Of a stretch of 64,000 nt of DNA, positions 11,109-22,367 are shown piece after piece. The notes below the pieces were generated by a model. That model did no database searches. It was not told where the DNA came from and was given only the letters and a program-made list of their open reading frames with translations. The DNA lies in contig CALGMT010000026.1 in the NCBI GenBank assembly GCA_937958885.1, forward strand, positions 32,468 to 96,467, read 5' to 3'. Made by a program: the position numbers and the translations under genes. This DNA is from an uncultured bacterium (lineage in GTDB: Bacteria; Verrucomicrobiota; Kiritimatiellia; CAIVKH01). Each line of letters starts with the position of its first letter. Within the stretch, counting starts at the first letter, position 1.

Positions 11109-11887
11109 ACAATGATCCCGCGCAAATTTCGGTTGATGCGCTGTCCGTCCTTTACCGCCGCGGGGGCCACACGGTTCGCGCGCTGGACAACGTTTCGTTG
11201 GCGATACACGGCGGCGAGGCCGTCGGCATTGTGGGAGAAAGCGGGAGCGGGAAAACGACGATGGCCCGCGTGCTGACGGGCTTGGTATCGCCCACGACGG
11301 GCTCGGCGCGCATCGAGGGCCGTACGATTGCCGACTGGCTTCGGTCGGATCCTATGCGTTTTCGACGGCGGGTGCAGATGATTTTTCAAGATCCATACGG
11401 TTCATTAAATCCGCGATTGACCGTGCGCCAAACCTTGGCGGAGGCGCTGCAGGTCCACCGCATCGTTCCGCGCGGCGCGGAGGGCGAGCGGATCGTCGAA
11501 CTGATGCGCGCGGTTGGGCTGGACCCATCGTATGCGGATCGCTATCCGCATGAATTCAGCGGCGGCCAGCGGCAACGGATCGGGATCGCGCGCGCGCTGG
11601 CGGTGGATCCGGCGATCTTGATTGCAGATGAACCGGTATCCGCGCTGGACGTATCGGTGCAGGCGCAGGTGTTGAATGTGTTGCGCGACCTGCACGCCGC
11701 GCGCGGCTTGACGCTGGTGCTGATCGCCCACGATCTTGCGGCTGTTCGGTACGTGTGCCGGCGAATTATCGTAATGCATCGCGGCCGGATCGTGGAAGAG
11801 GGAACGTCCGATGCGATCTGCGAAAATCCACGCGATGATTACACGCGTCAGTTACTCGCCGCTGTCCCCTCGCTCGGCGTGCAATAG
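11105..11887 (+). CDS. Peptide ABC transporter ATPase (OppF/DppF-like)
   Basis: GESGSGKT, RYPHEFSGGQRQR, ADEPVSALD. Confidence 0.93.
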   Translation: MNNDPAQISVDALSVLYRRGGHTVRALDNVSLAIHGGEAVGIVGESGSGKTTMARVLTGLVSPTTGSARIEGRTIADWLRSDPMRFRRRVQMIFQDPYGSLNPRLTVRQTLAEALQVHRIVPRGAEGERIVELMRAVGLDPSYADRYPHEFSGGQRQRIGIARALAVDPAILIADEPVSALDVSVQAQVLNVLRDLHAARGLTLVLIAHDLAAVRYVCRRIIVMHRGRIVEEGTSDAICENPRDDYTRQLLAAVPSLGVQ

Positions 11888-11928
11888 CGCGTGCCTGTCG
11901 TCCATTCGAGCGGCTGCGCCTAGTTGCG

Positions 11929-12855
11929 CTAGGGCATTGGATGCTTCAGGAAAAAATCCCACATCATGTCGTTCGCGGAAATGTCTCGCGTGCTGATACC
12001 CAGCTTTTTCGGATGTTCATTCTGGCCCGGCCAGGTATGTCCGCCGCCTTCGATCAGAATGAGGATCACCTCGGATCCTTGTCGCCCGCCGGCGTAGACC
12101 TTGCGGATCACCCGCGTTCCATCGGCCGCTTTGTCCGGCAGCGCTTCCACAATCGGCTCTTCTTTGCAACCGTTGGCGTTCACCCACGCGCGAATCGAGT
12201 ATTCGACGGAGATGAAGTCAGTTCCCGAGACCCCTTTCCCGACGCCACCGCCCAAGGGAAGATTCTCATCGGCGGTGCCGTGAAAATGAATAATGGGCAC
12301 AGGTCTTTTTGCATGAATCTTGGTCAACCCCATCGTCCCGGCCACCGGAGCGATGGCTGCGATCCGGTCAGCGAGTTCTGACGCGAGACGGTACGTCATC
12401 ATGCCTCCGTTGGACATGCCTGTTGCATAAATGCGCTTGGGGTCGATGTTCAATAGCGTCTCAAGTTCATTCAAGATGCGGCGCGTGAATGCAACGTCGT
12501 CGATCTTCTTATGCATCGCATAGCCGCAACAATTTCCGGCATTGAAGGTCAGTAGAGACGGCAAACGCCCCGCGCCGGACGGATAGACGACGATAAACCC
12601 GGCTTGATCCGATTTCTCATTGAGTCCGCTGAATGAGACCATCCGCTTCGCATTGCCGCCGCCTCCGTGAAACGCGAGAAGCACAGGGGTTGGCTTTGCC
12701 GGATCATAGGATGGCGGAATGTGGAGGAGATAGCTTCGTCGCATGCCATCGCTGACGATGGCACGAGTATGATCGCCCGGCCCCAGCACGGGCTCGCTAT
12801 GCGCGAAAGGATGCCAGCAGACCAGAATGCCCAGCGCGATTAACAATCGTATCAC
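11929..12855 (-). CDS. Secreted alpha/beta hydrolase, LpqC/PHB depolymerase-like esterase
   Basis: Signal peptide, FHGGGG, NAGNCCG, GMSNGG nucleophile elbow, HGTAD, GGHTWPG. Confidence 0.88.
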   Translation of the reverse strand: MIRLLIALGILVCWHPFAHSEPVLGPGDHTRAIVSDGMRRSYLLHIPPSYDPAKPTPVLLAFHGGGGNAKRMVSFSGLNEKSDQAGFIVVYPSGAGRLPSLLTFNAGNCCGYAMHKKIDDVAFTRRILNELETLLNIDPKRIYATGMSNGGMMTYRLASELADRIAAIAPVAGTMGLTKIHAKRPVPIIHFHGTADENLPLGGGVGKGVSGTDFISVEYSIRAWVNANGCKEEPIVEALPDKAADGTRVIRKVYAGGRQGSEVILILIEGGGHTWPGQNEHPKKLGISTRDISANDMMWDFFLKHPMP

Positions 12856-13036
12856 GATCGACCCTCATATGTTCACGTCGATATCGAATGGGCCGCTCAA
12901 TCCATGTCGTGTTGCATGGCTTCACTTCATCAAACAACGCGGCGGGAGCCCAATTATTATTAGCCCGCATGCAAATTTTTGACGAAGCTGACGTGCGACC
13001 AGTCGGAACTGGATTTGAGGGCTGCGCAACGCGGTT

Positions 13037-13777
13037 TTACGTACCGGCGCGTGTGAAGGCGGCGATGCAGGGGGTGCCGAAGCGGCGGGTCAGACCGAGC
13101 CGGTCGGGGATCCACTCGAGGGCTTCGGATAGCGCGACGCGCTTGAGGGCGCGGTGCAGTACCATGGGGCAGATAAATTGTCCCGTCCGCCCGGCGGGCG
13201 CGAAGCCGGCCGCCGCGAATGCGCCCGCGACCTCTGCGTGTGTGAAATTGCGCCACGTGCGGGTGTTTTTTTCCAGCTTGCGCTTGGCGGAGAAGAGCCA
13301 CGGCGCTAGCGCGTTGAGCCCGCTTTTCACCGGATAATCCACAACGACCACCGTTCGCGCGACGCGGGCGCATTCTCGAATCAACTGCGGCCAGCGCGTG
13401 CAGTGCGGCAGCAGGCGCACCGTGACCACCGCATCGAACGATCGGTCGGGGAAGGGCAGGGCGACCACGCTGCCGACGATGAACCGGCAGCGGCCGGCGG
13501 CAACGAGGTCGGCGATACGCTCGGCGCAGACCGATTCGCTGCCCAGGACGGTGACCTCATAGCCCGCCGCCGCGAGCGGACGCGCGAGCTGTCCGTGGCC
13601 GCCGCCGACGTCCAGCACCGTTCGCGCGCCCGCGGCGCGCAAGCGCTCGAGCACGAGGCGTTCCTGACGCGCGAGCATCCACGCGCCGATGGGGCCTGCG
13701 AAGCGCGCGGCATAGGAGGCGGATGCGGTCTCAACATCGGCCAGTTCCGGCCCGTGTGATTCGCGGTCGTCATTCAT
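13037..13777 (-). CDS. Class I SAM-dependent methyltransferase
   Basis: VLDVGGGHG motif I, LPFPDRSFDAVV; start taken at ATG 13777. Confidence 0.85.
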   Translation of the reverse strand: MNDDRESHGPELADVETASASYAARFAGPIGAWMLARQERLVLERLRAAGARTVLDVGGGHGQLARPLAAAGYEVTVLGSESVCAERIADLVAAGRCRFIVGSVVALPFPDRSFDAVVTVRLLPHCTRWPQLIRECARVARTVVVVDYPVKSGLNALAPWLFSAKRKLEKNTRTWRNFTHAEVAGAFAAAGFAPAGRTGQFICPMVLHRALKRVALSEALEWIPDRLGLTRRFGTPCIAAFTRAGT

Positions 13778-13798
13778 CCCCGCGCACGATGTCAAAAG

Positions 13799-13848
13799 TT
13801 CCATGCTCTGTAAAAACTTTGTTGGAAAGTTCCATGCTCTGTAAAAAA
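13799..13848. repeat. TTCCATGCTCTGTAAAAA x2, 31-bp period
   Basis: Exact 18-mer at 13799 and 13830. Confidence 0.9.
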
Positions 13849-13940
13849 TTGTTCGCGGCCGGCCCTGATGTAGCGACGAGCGGGATCGGAGGGGACCCAT
13901 GCGCAGACCGCGTCGTTGATTGACGAAGACAGCCTTGTAA

Positions 13941-14258
13941 TTCCGCCGCTCTGCCGGCGGAAGTGCAGGGCCGATGACCTCCGGCGACCGCGCGCCGGAG
14001 CTACAGCAGTGCCGCAGCGTCGGCTGAAATTGCTAAAAAAGTGTCAGACCGCGTCATTTATAGACCTGCGACGGCTCTGTTCGTATGTCTCTCCGTATCT
14101 GTTCATGCTCTCATCTCATCTCGCATCAAGTCCAAGTGCACATACGTAGGGACTAACGCCACTGCCCCGACCCAGTTGGCATCCCGACGTTAACATTCAT
14201 CGTTTGACCCCTTTTGGTCTACGACGTTAACATTCATCGTTTGACCCCTTTTGGTCTA
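13941..14258. repeat. ~280-bp structured intergenic element, copy 1, with a 37-bp terminal tandem duplication
   Basis: Aligns by eye with the reverse complement of 28117-28401; 14185-14221 is repeated exactly at 14222-14258. Confidence 0.85.
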
Positions 14259-14308
14259 CAAGGGGGGGGTGGACGGGCGGGCTCGAGTTGAGTAGGCTAC
14301 TCCATTCA

Positions 14309-15061
14309 ATGAAAATTATTGCGCATCGCGGGGCCTCGCAGGAGGCGCCGGAGAATACGCTGTCGTCGGTTCACCTGGCGTGGCAGGAAAAGGCCGACGG
14401 GGTCGAGGTCGATGTGCGAATGACGGCCGATGGAAAGGTCGTCCTGCTGCACGATTCGAATACGATGCGCACGACCCGGCACTCGATGGAGGTGGCCGAT
14501 CAGACATGGGATGCGATCCGTCTACTAGACGCGGGGAGCTGGAAAAGCCCGCGCTTTCGGCTCTCGACGATTCCGCTGCTGCGGGATATTTTGAAAATGC
14601 TGCCGCCGGGCCGGCAGATGTGGATTGAAATCAAGTGCGGCGCGGAGATCATACCGGCGTTGCAGCGCGACTTGGATGTGCAGCGGCTGCCGCCGCAATC
14701 GATCGGTTTCCTCGGATTTAGTGCGCATGTGATGGGGCAGGTGAAGCGCGCGTTTCCCAAACATCCGGTGTTTCTCAATGTCGAGGCGCAGGGCCGGATC
14801 GGCGCGCCGCAGCCGTGGACAGCAGAAGTGATGGTTGACGCGGTTCGAAAAAACATGCTCGACGGATTGAGCGTCGGCCTGTCGGATGCCGTGGATGAGG
14901 CGTTCATTGCGCGGATTCGGCACGAGGGACTTGGATTGATGGGCTGGGTGTCGGACGACGAACACGTCGCGTTGCGCCTCGCGCGCGCGGGGCTTCCCGC
15001 GCTGATGACAAACCGGCCGGCGTATATCCGGCATCGGTTGCGCGCGCACGGGGCGCTATGA
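14309..15061 (+). CDS. Glycerophosphodiester phosphodiesterase family protein
   Basis: IIAHRGASQEAPENT, EVDVRMTADGKVVLLHD, IEIK. Confidence 0.92.
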   Translation: MKIIAHRGASQEAPENTLSSVHLAWQEKADGVEVDVRMTADGKVVLLHDSNTMRTTRHSMEVADQTWDAIRLLDAGSWKSPRFRLSTIPLLRDILKMLPPGRQMWIEIKCGAEIIPALQRDLDVQRLPPQSIGFLGFSAHVMGQVKRAFPKHPVFLNVEAQGRIGAPQPWTAEVMVDAVRKNMLDGLSVGLSDAVDEAFIARIRHEGLGLMGWVSDDEHVALRLARAGLPALMTNRPAYIRHRLRAHGAL

Positions 15062-15819
15062 GGGCCGCGGCGCGCGCCGCCGCGCTGGAGGCGAGTTATG
15101 CGCGCTGGCATCGCGCCGAAGAGATCGAGCGCGATCCGATCCTGTGGGCGCGCCGCTACGCGGACCCGCTCGACCGCGAGGTGGCCGGTTTGATCGCCGC
15201 GCTGACGGCTTTCGGCCGCATACAGCAGATCTTGGACAATGTCGCGCGCGCGGTCGCGCCGATGGGCGAGCATCCGGCGCAGTGGCTTCGGCATATCGGG
15301 GATCGCGGGCTGCGCGCGCATTGCATGGGGTGGCGTCATCGATGGGCGACGGCGGAGGAGCTGGCGGAGTTGATGGCGGCCGCGCGCGGGGTCGCGCGCG
15401 AATGGGGTTCGCTGGGGGCCGCGTGGAGCGCCGTGCGCCGGCCGGAGGACCGCGATGCGCACGATACGCTGCGGCGTTGGATCGCGCTGTTCGACGCGCA
15501 CGGTCTTTCGCGCGACAACTCGCTGGCGCCGCGGCCGGAGCGCGGGTCGGCGTGCAAGCGCTGGCATCTGTATTTGCGGTGGATGATCCGCTGCGATGAC
15601 GTGGACCCGGGCGGGTGGGCCGATGCGCCGGCGAGGTTGCTCTATCCGCTGGACACGCACATTCACCGGTTCGCGCGCGCGCACGGTTTCACGCGGCGGC
15701 GCGCGGCAGACCTGCGCACGGCGCGCGAGATCACCGCGCGGTTTCGCCAGATCGATCCGGCGGACCCGGTGCGGTTCGATTTCTCGCTGATTCGGCACGG
15801 GATCGCGCGCGGGTCGTAA
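15058..15819 (+). CDS. TIGR02757/DUF2400 family protein (HhH-GPD-like)
   Basis: SACKRWHLYLRWMIR, PLDTH, DPVRFDFSL. Confidence 0.85.
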   Translation: MRAAARAAALEASYARWHRAEEIERDPILWARRYADPLDREVAGLIAALTAFGRIQQILDNVARAVAPMGEHPAQWLRHIGDRGLRAHCMGWRHRWATAEELAELMAAARGVAREWGSLGAAWSAVRRPEDRDAHDTLRRWIALFDAHGLSRDNSLAPRPERGSACKRWHLYLRWMIRCDDVDPGGWADAPARLLYPLDTHIHRFARAHGFTRRRAADLRTAREITARFRQIDPADPVRFDFSLIRHGIARGS

Positions 15820-15881
15820 AATCTATTGGCTCGCCGCGCGCGGGTCTGATACCGTGCAGTTCTCTTTTGGGAGGCGTCTAC

Positions 15882-18059
15882 ATGCTTCAGCACGGCCTTG
15901 TCCGCGGTCTCTGTTTGTTCTTGTTCGCTGCTTGTTGCGTCAACGCACAGGCGCCCGCGCGGGCGTCCAAAGAAATCGACATTACGGCGGACAGCCTTGA
16001 ATACCTCGCCGACCAGCGGCTGGTCGTCGGCGCGGGGAACGTGGTGGTGCGCGAGGGCGAGGATCTGCTGCAGGCGGACTACATTTCGGTGCATCGCGAC
16101 ACGCGCGATGTCTATGCGCGCGGCAGCGTGGTGCTGCGTCGGGGCGGCACGCTGTGGCAGGGCGAGGAATTGCGCTATAACCTGCTGACGAGGCAGGGCG
16201 ATTTCGGATCGTTCCAAGCGTATTATGATCCGTACTACATCCGAGCGGAAGGTTCGAAGCGGGTCGGCACGAATGTGATTGTGTTGAGTCGGATGACGCT
16301 GTCCACCTGCGAGGGCGATCCGCCGGATTTTTCGGTGCGCGCGCGAGAGGCGACGCTGATCGAGGGGCAGCGCGTGATCGGCAAGGGGGTTACGGTCAAT
16401 TTCGGCAATGTGCCGGTTTTGTGGTTCCCGCGGTTGTCGCGAGGGTTGACGGACCGCCGGACGTATTGGGTGTTCGAGCCGGGATTCAATTCCCGGATGG
16501 GGGCGTTCCTGCGGTCGTCTTATAACATTCGGTGGGTGCCCGGGTTCCGCAGCTCGACGGACGTCGATTTGTTTTCCAAGAAAGGCGTCGGACTCGGGCA
16601 GGGATTCCACTGGGATTCCACGACCAATAGCGAGCAACGATACTCGGGATTCATCAAGGGGTACTACATCGACGATCAGGAGCCGTTCCGCAACGAGGCC
16701 GAGCGTGAGCGGGAGCAGGACTTGGTCAGCAATGAGCGCTACCGCATCAAACTCGCGCACAACCAAACCTTCTCGCCGCGCGATTTCCTGATTTCGGAGT
16801 TCAACTACGTCAGCGACCCCGAGTTCCTGAAGGACTTTTTCCGCGCGGAGCATATCGGCGGGGTGCAGCCGGAAAACCGCGCGACGCTGACGCACATGGG
16901 CGACAACTTCGTCGCGGCGCTGCAGCTCAACGTCCGGCTGAACGATTTTTACGAAAACGTCAATCGAATGCCCGAGCTGACCTTGAAGGCGAATCGGCAG
17001 GAGCTCGGCGACAGCGGGCTGTACTACGAAAGCGACAACAGCGCCGCCTATCTCGAGCGCGTGTTCCCGGACGGTTCCACCCGCGAGGACTATGACGCGT
17101 TCCGAATCGACTCGCGCCACACGGTATTCTACCCGACCCGCCATTTTGGCTTTCTGAACGTCACGCCGCGCGCCGGTTATCGCGGCACGTATTATTCGGA
17201 TACCTTCAAACAGGAGACGGTCACGAACCAGGTGGTCAACACCGACACGAACGGGGTGGTGACGGTCGAAGACGAGGTCGTCACCGTGAAGCGCGATACG
17301 GGCGCCGATCTGCGCAATGTCTATGAGCTCGGGGCGGAGGTTTCGTTCAAAGCGTTCCGCACGTGGGACGATCTCGTCGTGCTGGAGGACGGCGACGGTC
17401 TGCGCCATGTGGCGGAGCCGTTTGTGCGCCACACGTATGTTCCGGAACCGAACCTGCTGCCGGAAAATCTCCCCCAGTTCGACCGCGTAGACCAAGTGAC
17501 AGATCAACATACGCTGCGGCTCGGCATGCGCAATAAATTCCAGACACGCCGCGATGGGACGCCGGTTGATCTGGTCAATGCACTTGTCTTCACGGATTTC
17601 CGCATTGAGAAGCGGGAGGATCAGAACGATTTCACCGACATTTTCTTCGATGTCGATCTCCGCTTGAGTCGCCGCTTGCCGATCGATTTCGACGGCGCCT
17701 ACGACCCGTATGAGAGCGAGTTGTCCCGGTTCAGTCTCCAGGCGGCGTTCTTCGCCGACGACATGAGCGTACTGAGCGTGGACTACAACTACGCGCGCGA
17801 GCAGTACCAGCAGGTCGGCGCGCAGCTCAAGTTGTTTCCGAACAACAAGTGGTCGTTCCTGACCTATGCGCGTTGGGACATTGACGGCGACGGTCTGCAG
17901 GAACATTCCTATTTCATTCAGCGGCGCACGCCTTGCCTCGGCTACGGCATCGGGTTCCGTCAGATTCGCAAGGATCAGGGCGAGGACGACGACAATACGA
18001 TCTGGGTGCAGCTCTGGCTGTCGGCCTTCCCCGAATCCGTCATGCAGCTCGGCGGATGA
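15882..18059 (+). CDS. lptD: LPS-assembly outer-membrane protein LptD
   Basis: Signal peptide, OstA-like N-domain (ITADSLEY, GNVVV, LQAD), STCE motif, beta-barrel-like C-region with SDPEFLKDF. Confidence 0.8.
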   Translation: MLQHGLVRGLCLFLFAACCVNAQAPARASKEIDITADSLEYLADQRLVVGAGNVVVREGEDLLQADYISVHRDTRDVYARGSVVLRRGGTLWQGEELRYNLLTRQGDFGSFQAYYDPYYIRAEGSKRVGTNVIVLSRMTLSTCEGDPPDFSVRAREATLIEGQRVIGKGVTVNFGNVPVLWFPRLSRGLTDRRTYWVFEPGFNSRMGAFLRSSYNIRWVPGFRSSTDVDLFSKKGVGLGQGFHWDSTTNSEQRYSGFIKGYYIDDQEPFRNEAEREREQDLVSNERYRIKLAHNQTFSPRDFLISEFNYVSDPEFLKDFFRAEHIGGVQPENRATLTHMGDNFVAALQLNVRLNDFYENVNRMPELTLKANRQELGDSGLYYESDNSAAYLERVFPDGSTREDYDAFRIDSRHTVFYPTRHFGFLNVTPRAGYRGTYYSDTFKQETVTNQVVNTDTNGVVTVEDEVVTVKRDTGADLRNVYELGAEVSFKAFRTWDDLVVLEDGDGLRHVAEPFVRHTYVPEPNLLPENLPQFDRVDQVTDQHTLRLGMRNKFQTRRDGTPVDLVNALVFTDFRIEKREDQNDFTDIFFDVDLRLSRRLPIDFDGAYDPYESELSRFSLQAAFFADDMSVLSVDYNYAREQYQQVGAQLKLFPNNKWSFLTYARWDIDGDGLQEHSYFIQRRTPCLGYGIGFRQIRKDQGEDDDNTIWVQLWLSAFPESVMQLGG

Positions 18060-18862
18060 GCGACGCCGCCGCCACGTCGGACGCGCTGCTCGCCTGCGCC
18101 GTGGAAGCCGCCCGCCGCGCGGGCGCGCATGCCTGCTCGAATCTGCATCGCCGCGCCGAGCACGTGGCCCGAACGGCGCATGATGTGAAACTCGCGCTGG
18201 ACCACGAGTGCCAGCGCGAAATCGAGCGCACGATCAAACGTCATTTTCCGGATCATGCGATTTTGGGGGAAGAGGGGAATAGCGATGGGGACGCCGCCGG
18301 CTGGCTGTGGGTGGTGGACCCGCTCGACGGCACGGTGAATTTCTCGCACGGCATTCCGTATTGGTGCCACTCCATCGCCGTGCAGCACAATGGCGAGACG
18401 CGGGCGGCGGCGGTTTATGCGCCGATTTTTGACGAGTTGTTCACCGCGACCGCGGAGGGTCCCGCGCTGTGCAACGGCGAGACGATCCGCGTGTCGGAAA
18501 CGCCCTCGCTGCGCGAGGCATTGCTGCTGACGGGGCTGGAAAAGAATTTCGATCAGTATTCCGATTCGCTCGACGTTGCGCGGGCGGTGGCGTCGAGCGC
18601 GCAGAAGATGCGCCTGCTGGGCGCGGCCGCGCTCGATCTGTGCCAAGTCGCCTGCGGGCGGGCGGACGGCTTCTACGAGTCGGGCTTGAATGTGTGGGAC
18701 GTTGCGGCGGCCGACCTCATTTGCAGGCGCGCGGGCGCGACCACGCGCACGATTGCGCAGCTCGCTCCGCACAAGCGCCGCTACATCGCGACAAACGGAC
18801 GGATCGATGCGGAATTGCTGGCGCTGCTCGGCCGCTATCCATCGTGGATGTCCGGCAGTTGA
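18056..18862 (+). CDS. Inositol monophosphatase family protein
   Basis: GEE, WVVDPLDGTVNF, GAAALDLC, WDVAA. Confidence 0.9.
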   Translation: MSDAAATSDALLACAVEAARRAGAHACSNLHRRAEHVARTAHDVKLALDHECQREIERTIKRHFPDHAILGEEGNSDGDAAGWLWVVDPLDGTVNFSHGIPYWCHSIAVQHNGETRAAAVYAPIFDELFTATAEGPALCNGETIRVSETPSLREALLLTGLEKNFDQYSDSLDVARAVASSAQKMRLLGAAALDLCQVACGRADGFYESGLNVWDVAAADLICRRAGATTRTIAQLAPHKRRYIATNGRIDAELLALLGRYPSWMSGS

Positions 18863-18938
18863 TTTTATCCTCCTTCGCCTTAACGTATTGCCGGTTTTAG
18901 GCGTCGACGGGAATCGTGTCGCGGCGCCATGAGCCGAC

Positions 18939-19478
18939 ATGGAAGATCGCATGATGCGCGAACGACAGGTATTGAGGGGGATATATGCGCTTTCCGCGGT
19001 TCTGGTGGCGGCGGTCGCCGTTATCTATAACCTGCCCAAAGCGGAGCACGTGCCGGATTTTGTGCCGTGGCTGCCCCGCCTCAATGCAGGCATCAATACT
19101 GTTTGTACGATCTTCCTGATTTGCTCGTTCGCCGCGATCAAGCGGGGTCGGGTGGAGCTCCACAAGCGGTTGAACATCGCGACGTTCGCACTGTCGGCGC
19201 TCTTTCTGATGTCGTATGTGACGTTCCACACGTTCGGCGTCGAGACGCGCTTCCCGGCGGACAATCCCTGGCGTCCGATCTACCTGTTCATTCTCATCAC
19301 GCACATCGTGCTGGCGGCGGTGGTATTGCCGCTGGTGTTGGCGACCTTCTATCGCGGGCTCGCGGGCCCGGTGGCGGCGCACCGGCGCATCGCGCGCTGG
19401 ACGCTCCCAATCTGGCTGTATGTCACGGTGACGGGTGTGATCGTGTATCTGATGATCTCGCCACACTATTCGTTCTGA
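18939..19478 (+). CDS. DUF420 membrane protein (CtaM-like oxidase assembly factor)
   Basis: LPRLNAGIN, ILITHIVLA, HRRIARWTLPIWLYVTVTGVIVY. Confidence 0.85.
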   Translation: MEDRMMRERQVLRGIYALSAVLVAAVAVIYNLPKAEHVPDFVPWLPRLNAGINTVCTIFLICSFAAIKRGRVELHKRLNIATFALSALFLMSYVTFHTFGVETRFPADNPWRPIYLFILITHIVLAAVVLPLVLATFYRGLAGPVAAHRRIARWTLPIWLYVTVTGVIVYLMISPHYSF

Positions 19479-19558
19479 AACGCGTCGCGCTCGTTGACAG
19501 GGCGCGCGCTTGAACGGTAGGGTATGTCCTGTTTTCCGAATCCTCCGCCGGGTGTTTC

Positions 19559-21268
19559 GTGACTGCCAACGACGAATACATCATTGAAATTCTCGAAAGC
19601 GTCGGGCTGATCACCCATCAGCAAGGCGCGGAAGCGCTGCAGAAGGCGCAGCAAGCGGACAGGGCGGTCGTCGATGTACTCGCCGATCTCCACTATGCGG
19701 CGAAGACGGACGTCCTCAAGGCGCTCGCCAATCAGTTTGGGATGGAATTCATTAGTCTCTCCGGGGTCGAGATCGACCAGGAGGTTGTCGACCTGGTGCC
19801 GGGCGAGGTGGCGCGCCGCTATCGCATCGTCCCGGTGTACCGCATGGAGAACACGATCACGGTGGCGCTGAGCGATCCGCTCGACGTGGAGACGCTGGAC
19901 AGTCTGCGCTACGTATTGCGCTGCGACGTCGGCGGCGTAGTCGCGATTCCGGAGGAGATCGAGGCGGCGATCGCGCGGTATTATCCCGCGACCGGCACCA
20001 CGGTGGCGTCGATGTACGACGAACTGACCGAAGGTTCCGTGCAGACGCCCGGCGAAAAGCCGCCCAAACTCGAGGGCGAGGACGAAGTCACCGACGCGGA
20101 TGCGCCGATCATCAAGCTGGTAAGCTTGATCATCCTGGAGGCGTTCCGAAGCCGGGCCTCGGACATCCACCTTGAACCGTTGGAGCGCAAGTTCCGCGTG
20201 CGCTACCGCATCGACGGCGTGCTGCACGAGGTGGAAAGCCCGCCGAAGCGCCTGCAATCGGCGATTATCAGCCGCGTAAAGATCATGGCGAACATGAGCA
20301 TCGCGGAGAAGCGCCTGCCGCAGGACGGACGCATTCAGATCAATGTGATGGGCCGCGATCTCGATTTGCGCGTATCGTCGGTCCCGTCGAATCACGGCGA
20401 GTCGATCGTCATGCGTATTCTCGACAAGGACAGCCTCTCGCTGGGTCTGCCGAAACTCGGATTCTTCTCTGACGACCAACAGACATTCGAGCGGCTGATC
20501 GGATTGTCTGACGGGATCATCCTCGTCACCGGCCCGACAGGTTCGGGCAAGACGACCACGCTATACGCCTGCCTGAACCACATCAACAAGCCGGACCGCA
20601 AGATCATCACGGTTGAAGATCCGGTCGAATATCAAATTACCGGCATCAACCAGGTGCATGTGCGGTCGGATATCGGGCTGACCTTTGCGGCGGCGCTCCG
20701 ATCGATCCTTCGCCAGGCGCCGAACATCATCATGATCGGCGAAATTCGCGATTTGGAAACGGCGGAAATCGCCGTGAACGCGTCGCTGACCGGCCACCTG
20801 GTGTTTTCCACACTGCACACGAACGACGCGCCGAGCGCGGTCACGCGGTTGATCGATATCGGCGTGAAGCCTTTCCTCGTCGCGTCGTCCACGCGCGCGA
20901 TCATGGCGCAGCGGCTCGTGCGCAAAATTTGCGAGCGGTGCAAGGAACCGGTGCAGCCGACCGACGCCGAGCTGCGCATCCTGGGCGGGTTGGCGGGGTC
21001 GGTGGCGTCCGCGCAGCTCTATCGGGGGCGCGGGTGCGCGGACTGCAACCACACGGGGTATCGCGGCCGCCTCGGCATCTTCGAAATTTTCCTGATCACC
21101 GACGAGGTCCGGCACATGATCTACGAGCGGGTTTCCGCGTCGCAGCTGCGCGCCCGCGCGCGCGAACTCGGCATGCGGACGCTGCGCGAGGACGGCGTCC
21201 GAAAAATCATCGCGGGCCAGACCACGCTGGAAGAAGTCGTGCGCACGACGATGGGGGATGCGAACTGA
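19559..21268 (+). CDS. pilB: Type IV pilus assembly ATPase PilB/GspE (copy 1)
   Basis: [36 protein letters not shown], tetracysteine Zn motif. Confidence 0.92.
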   Translation: MTANDEYIIEILESVGLITHQQGAEALQKAQQADRAVVDVLADLHYAAKTDVLKALANQFGMEFISLSGVEIDQEVVDLVPGEVARRYRIVPVYRMENTITVALSDPLDVETLDSLRYVLRCDVGGVVAIPEEIEAAIARYYPATGTTVASMYDELTEGSVQTPGEKPPKLEGEDEVTDADAPIIKLVSLIILEAFRSRASDIHLEPLERKFRVRYRIDGVLHEVESPPKRLQSAIISRVKIMANMSIAEKRLPQDGRIQINVMGRDLDLRVSSVPSNHGESIVMRILDKDSLSLGLPKLGFFSDDQQTFERLIGLSDGIILVTGPTGSGKTTTLYACLNHINKPDRKIITVEDPVEYQITGINQVHVRSDIGLTFAAALRSILRQAPNIIMIGEIRDLETAEIAVNASLTGHLVFSTLHTNDAPSAVTRLIDIGVKPFLVASSTRAIMAQRLVRKICERCKEPVQPTDAELRILGGLAGSVASAQLYRGRGCADCNHTGYRGRLGIFEIFLITDEVRHMIYERVSASQLRARARELGMRTLREDGVRKIIAGQTTLEEVVRTTMGDAN

Positions 21269-21270
21269 CC

Positions 21271-22359
21271 ATGACCATGTCCGCCGCCCAGATTCAAATG
21301 AACGATCTTCTCGATCTGGTGATCGAGGAGGGCGCATCGGATCTGCACATCGGCATCGGGCTTCCGCCGGTGCTGCGCCTGCACGGGCGCCTGCAGCCGA
21401 TCGATACGGAGCCGTTGAAGCCGGAGGACACCGAACGCCTGATGGCGTCGTTCACGCCGGAGGAGCATATCAAACGACTGCGCGACAACGGCGGCACGGA
21501 CTTCGGGTTCGGCCACGGGAACAAAGGGCGGTTCCGCGTCAGCGTGTTTCGCCAGAAGGGCGCGGTCGGCATGGTGCTGCGCCTGATTCCATCGCGGCTT
21601 CTTTCGCTGGAGGAGATCGGATTGCCGCCCGGCCTGCGGGATTTATTGTTCAAGCCGCGCGGGTTGATCCTGGTGACCGGCCCGACGGGTTCGGGCAAGA
21701 CGACCACGCTCGCGAGCATGCTGAACGTGATTAATGAGACACGGGATGTGCACATCATCACCGTCGAGGACCCGATCGAGTACTACCACCCGCACAAGAA
21801 AAGCGTCATCACGCAGCGCGAGGTCGGCGTGGACGTGCCGAGCTTCAGCGAGGCGCTCAAGCGCGGATTGCGCCAGGACCCGGACGTGATCCTCGTCGGC
21901 GAGATGCGCGATCTCGAGACGATTCAGGCCGCGATCACCGCCGCGGAGACCGGCCACCTCGTTTTTGCGACCCTCCACACCACCGGCGCGGCGCGCACGG
22001 TGGACCGCATCGTGGATGCGTTTCCGATGGAGCAGCAGAACCAGGTGCGCACCCAGCTCGCGGCCAGCCTCGAGGCGGTCATCTCACAGTTGCTGCTCAT
22101 TCGCCATGATCGCCCCGGCCGCGTGGCCGCCTTCGAGATCATGGTGGCGACGCCCGCGATCCGCGCGCTGATCCGCGACAACAAGACCTTCCGGATCACC
22201 TCGGACATTCAGACCGGCGCGAAATACGGTATGATGACCCTCGACGACCATCTCGTGAGCCTCTTCGAGCAGGGGATCATCAACTACGAGGAGGTCGTCA
22301 CGAGCGCGCAGGATATCGAGTCGGTAATGCAGAAAATCCAACCCAAGGGACGCCGCTAG
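21271..22359 (+). CDS. pilT: Type IV pilus retraction ATPase PilT
   Basis: [37 protein letters not shown] variant of the AIRNLIRE motif. Confidence 0.93.
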   Translation: MTMSAAQIQMNDLLDLVIEEGASDLHIGIGLPPVLRLHGRLQPIDTEPLKPEDTERLMASFTPEEHIKRLRDNGGTDFGFGHGNKGRFRVSVFRQKGAVGMVLRLIPSRLLSLEEIGLPPGLRDLLFKPRGLILVTGPTGSGKTTTLASMLNVINETRDVHIITVEDPIEYYHPHKKSVITQREVGVDVPSFSEALKRGLRQDPDVILVGEMRDLETIQAAITAAETGHLVFATLHTTGAARTVDRIVDAFPMEQQNQVRTQLAASLEAVISQLLLIRHDRPGRVAAFEIMVATPAIRALIRDNKTFRITSDIQTGAKYGMMTLDDHLVSLFEQGIINYEEVVTSAQDIESVMQKIQPKGRR

Positions 22360-22367
22360 GAGACGCC

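Noticed and set aside
13916..14149. Small ORF shared with the second element copy (28127-28666)
   Set aside because: The similarity comes from the DNA repeat; ORF ends differ between copies and there is no SD
14185..14258. 37-bp repeat as a CRISPR direct repeat
   Set aside because: The units abut with no spacer and form the end of a larger dispersed element
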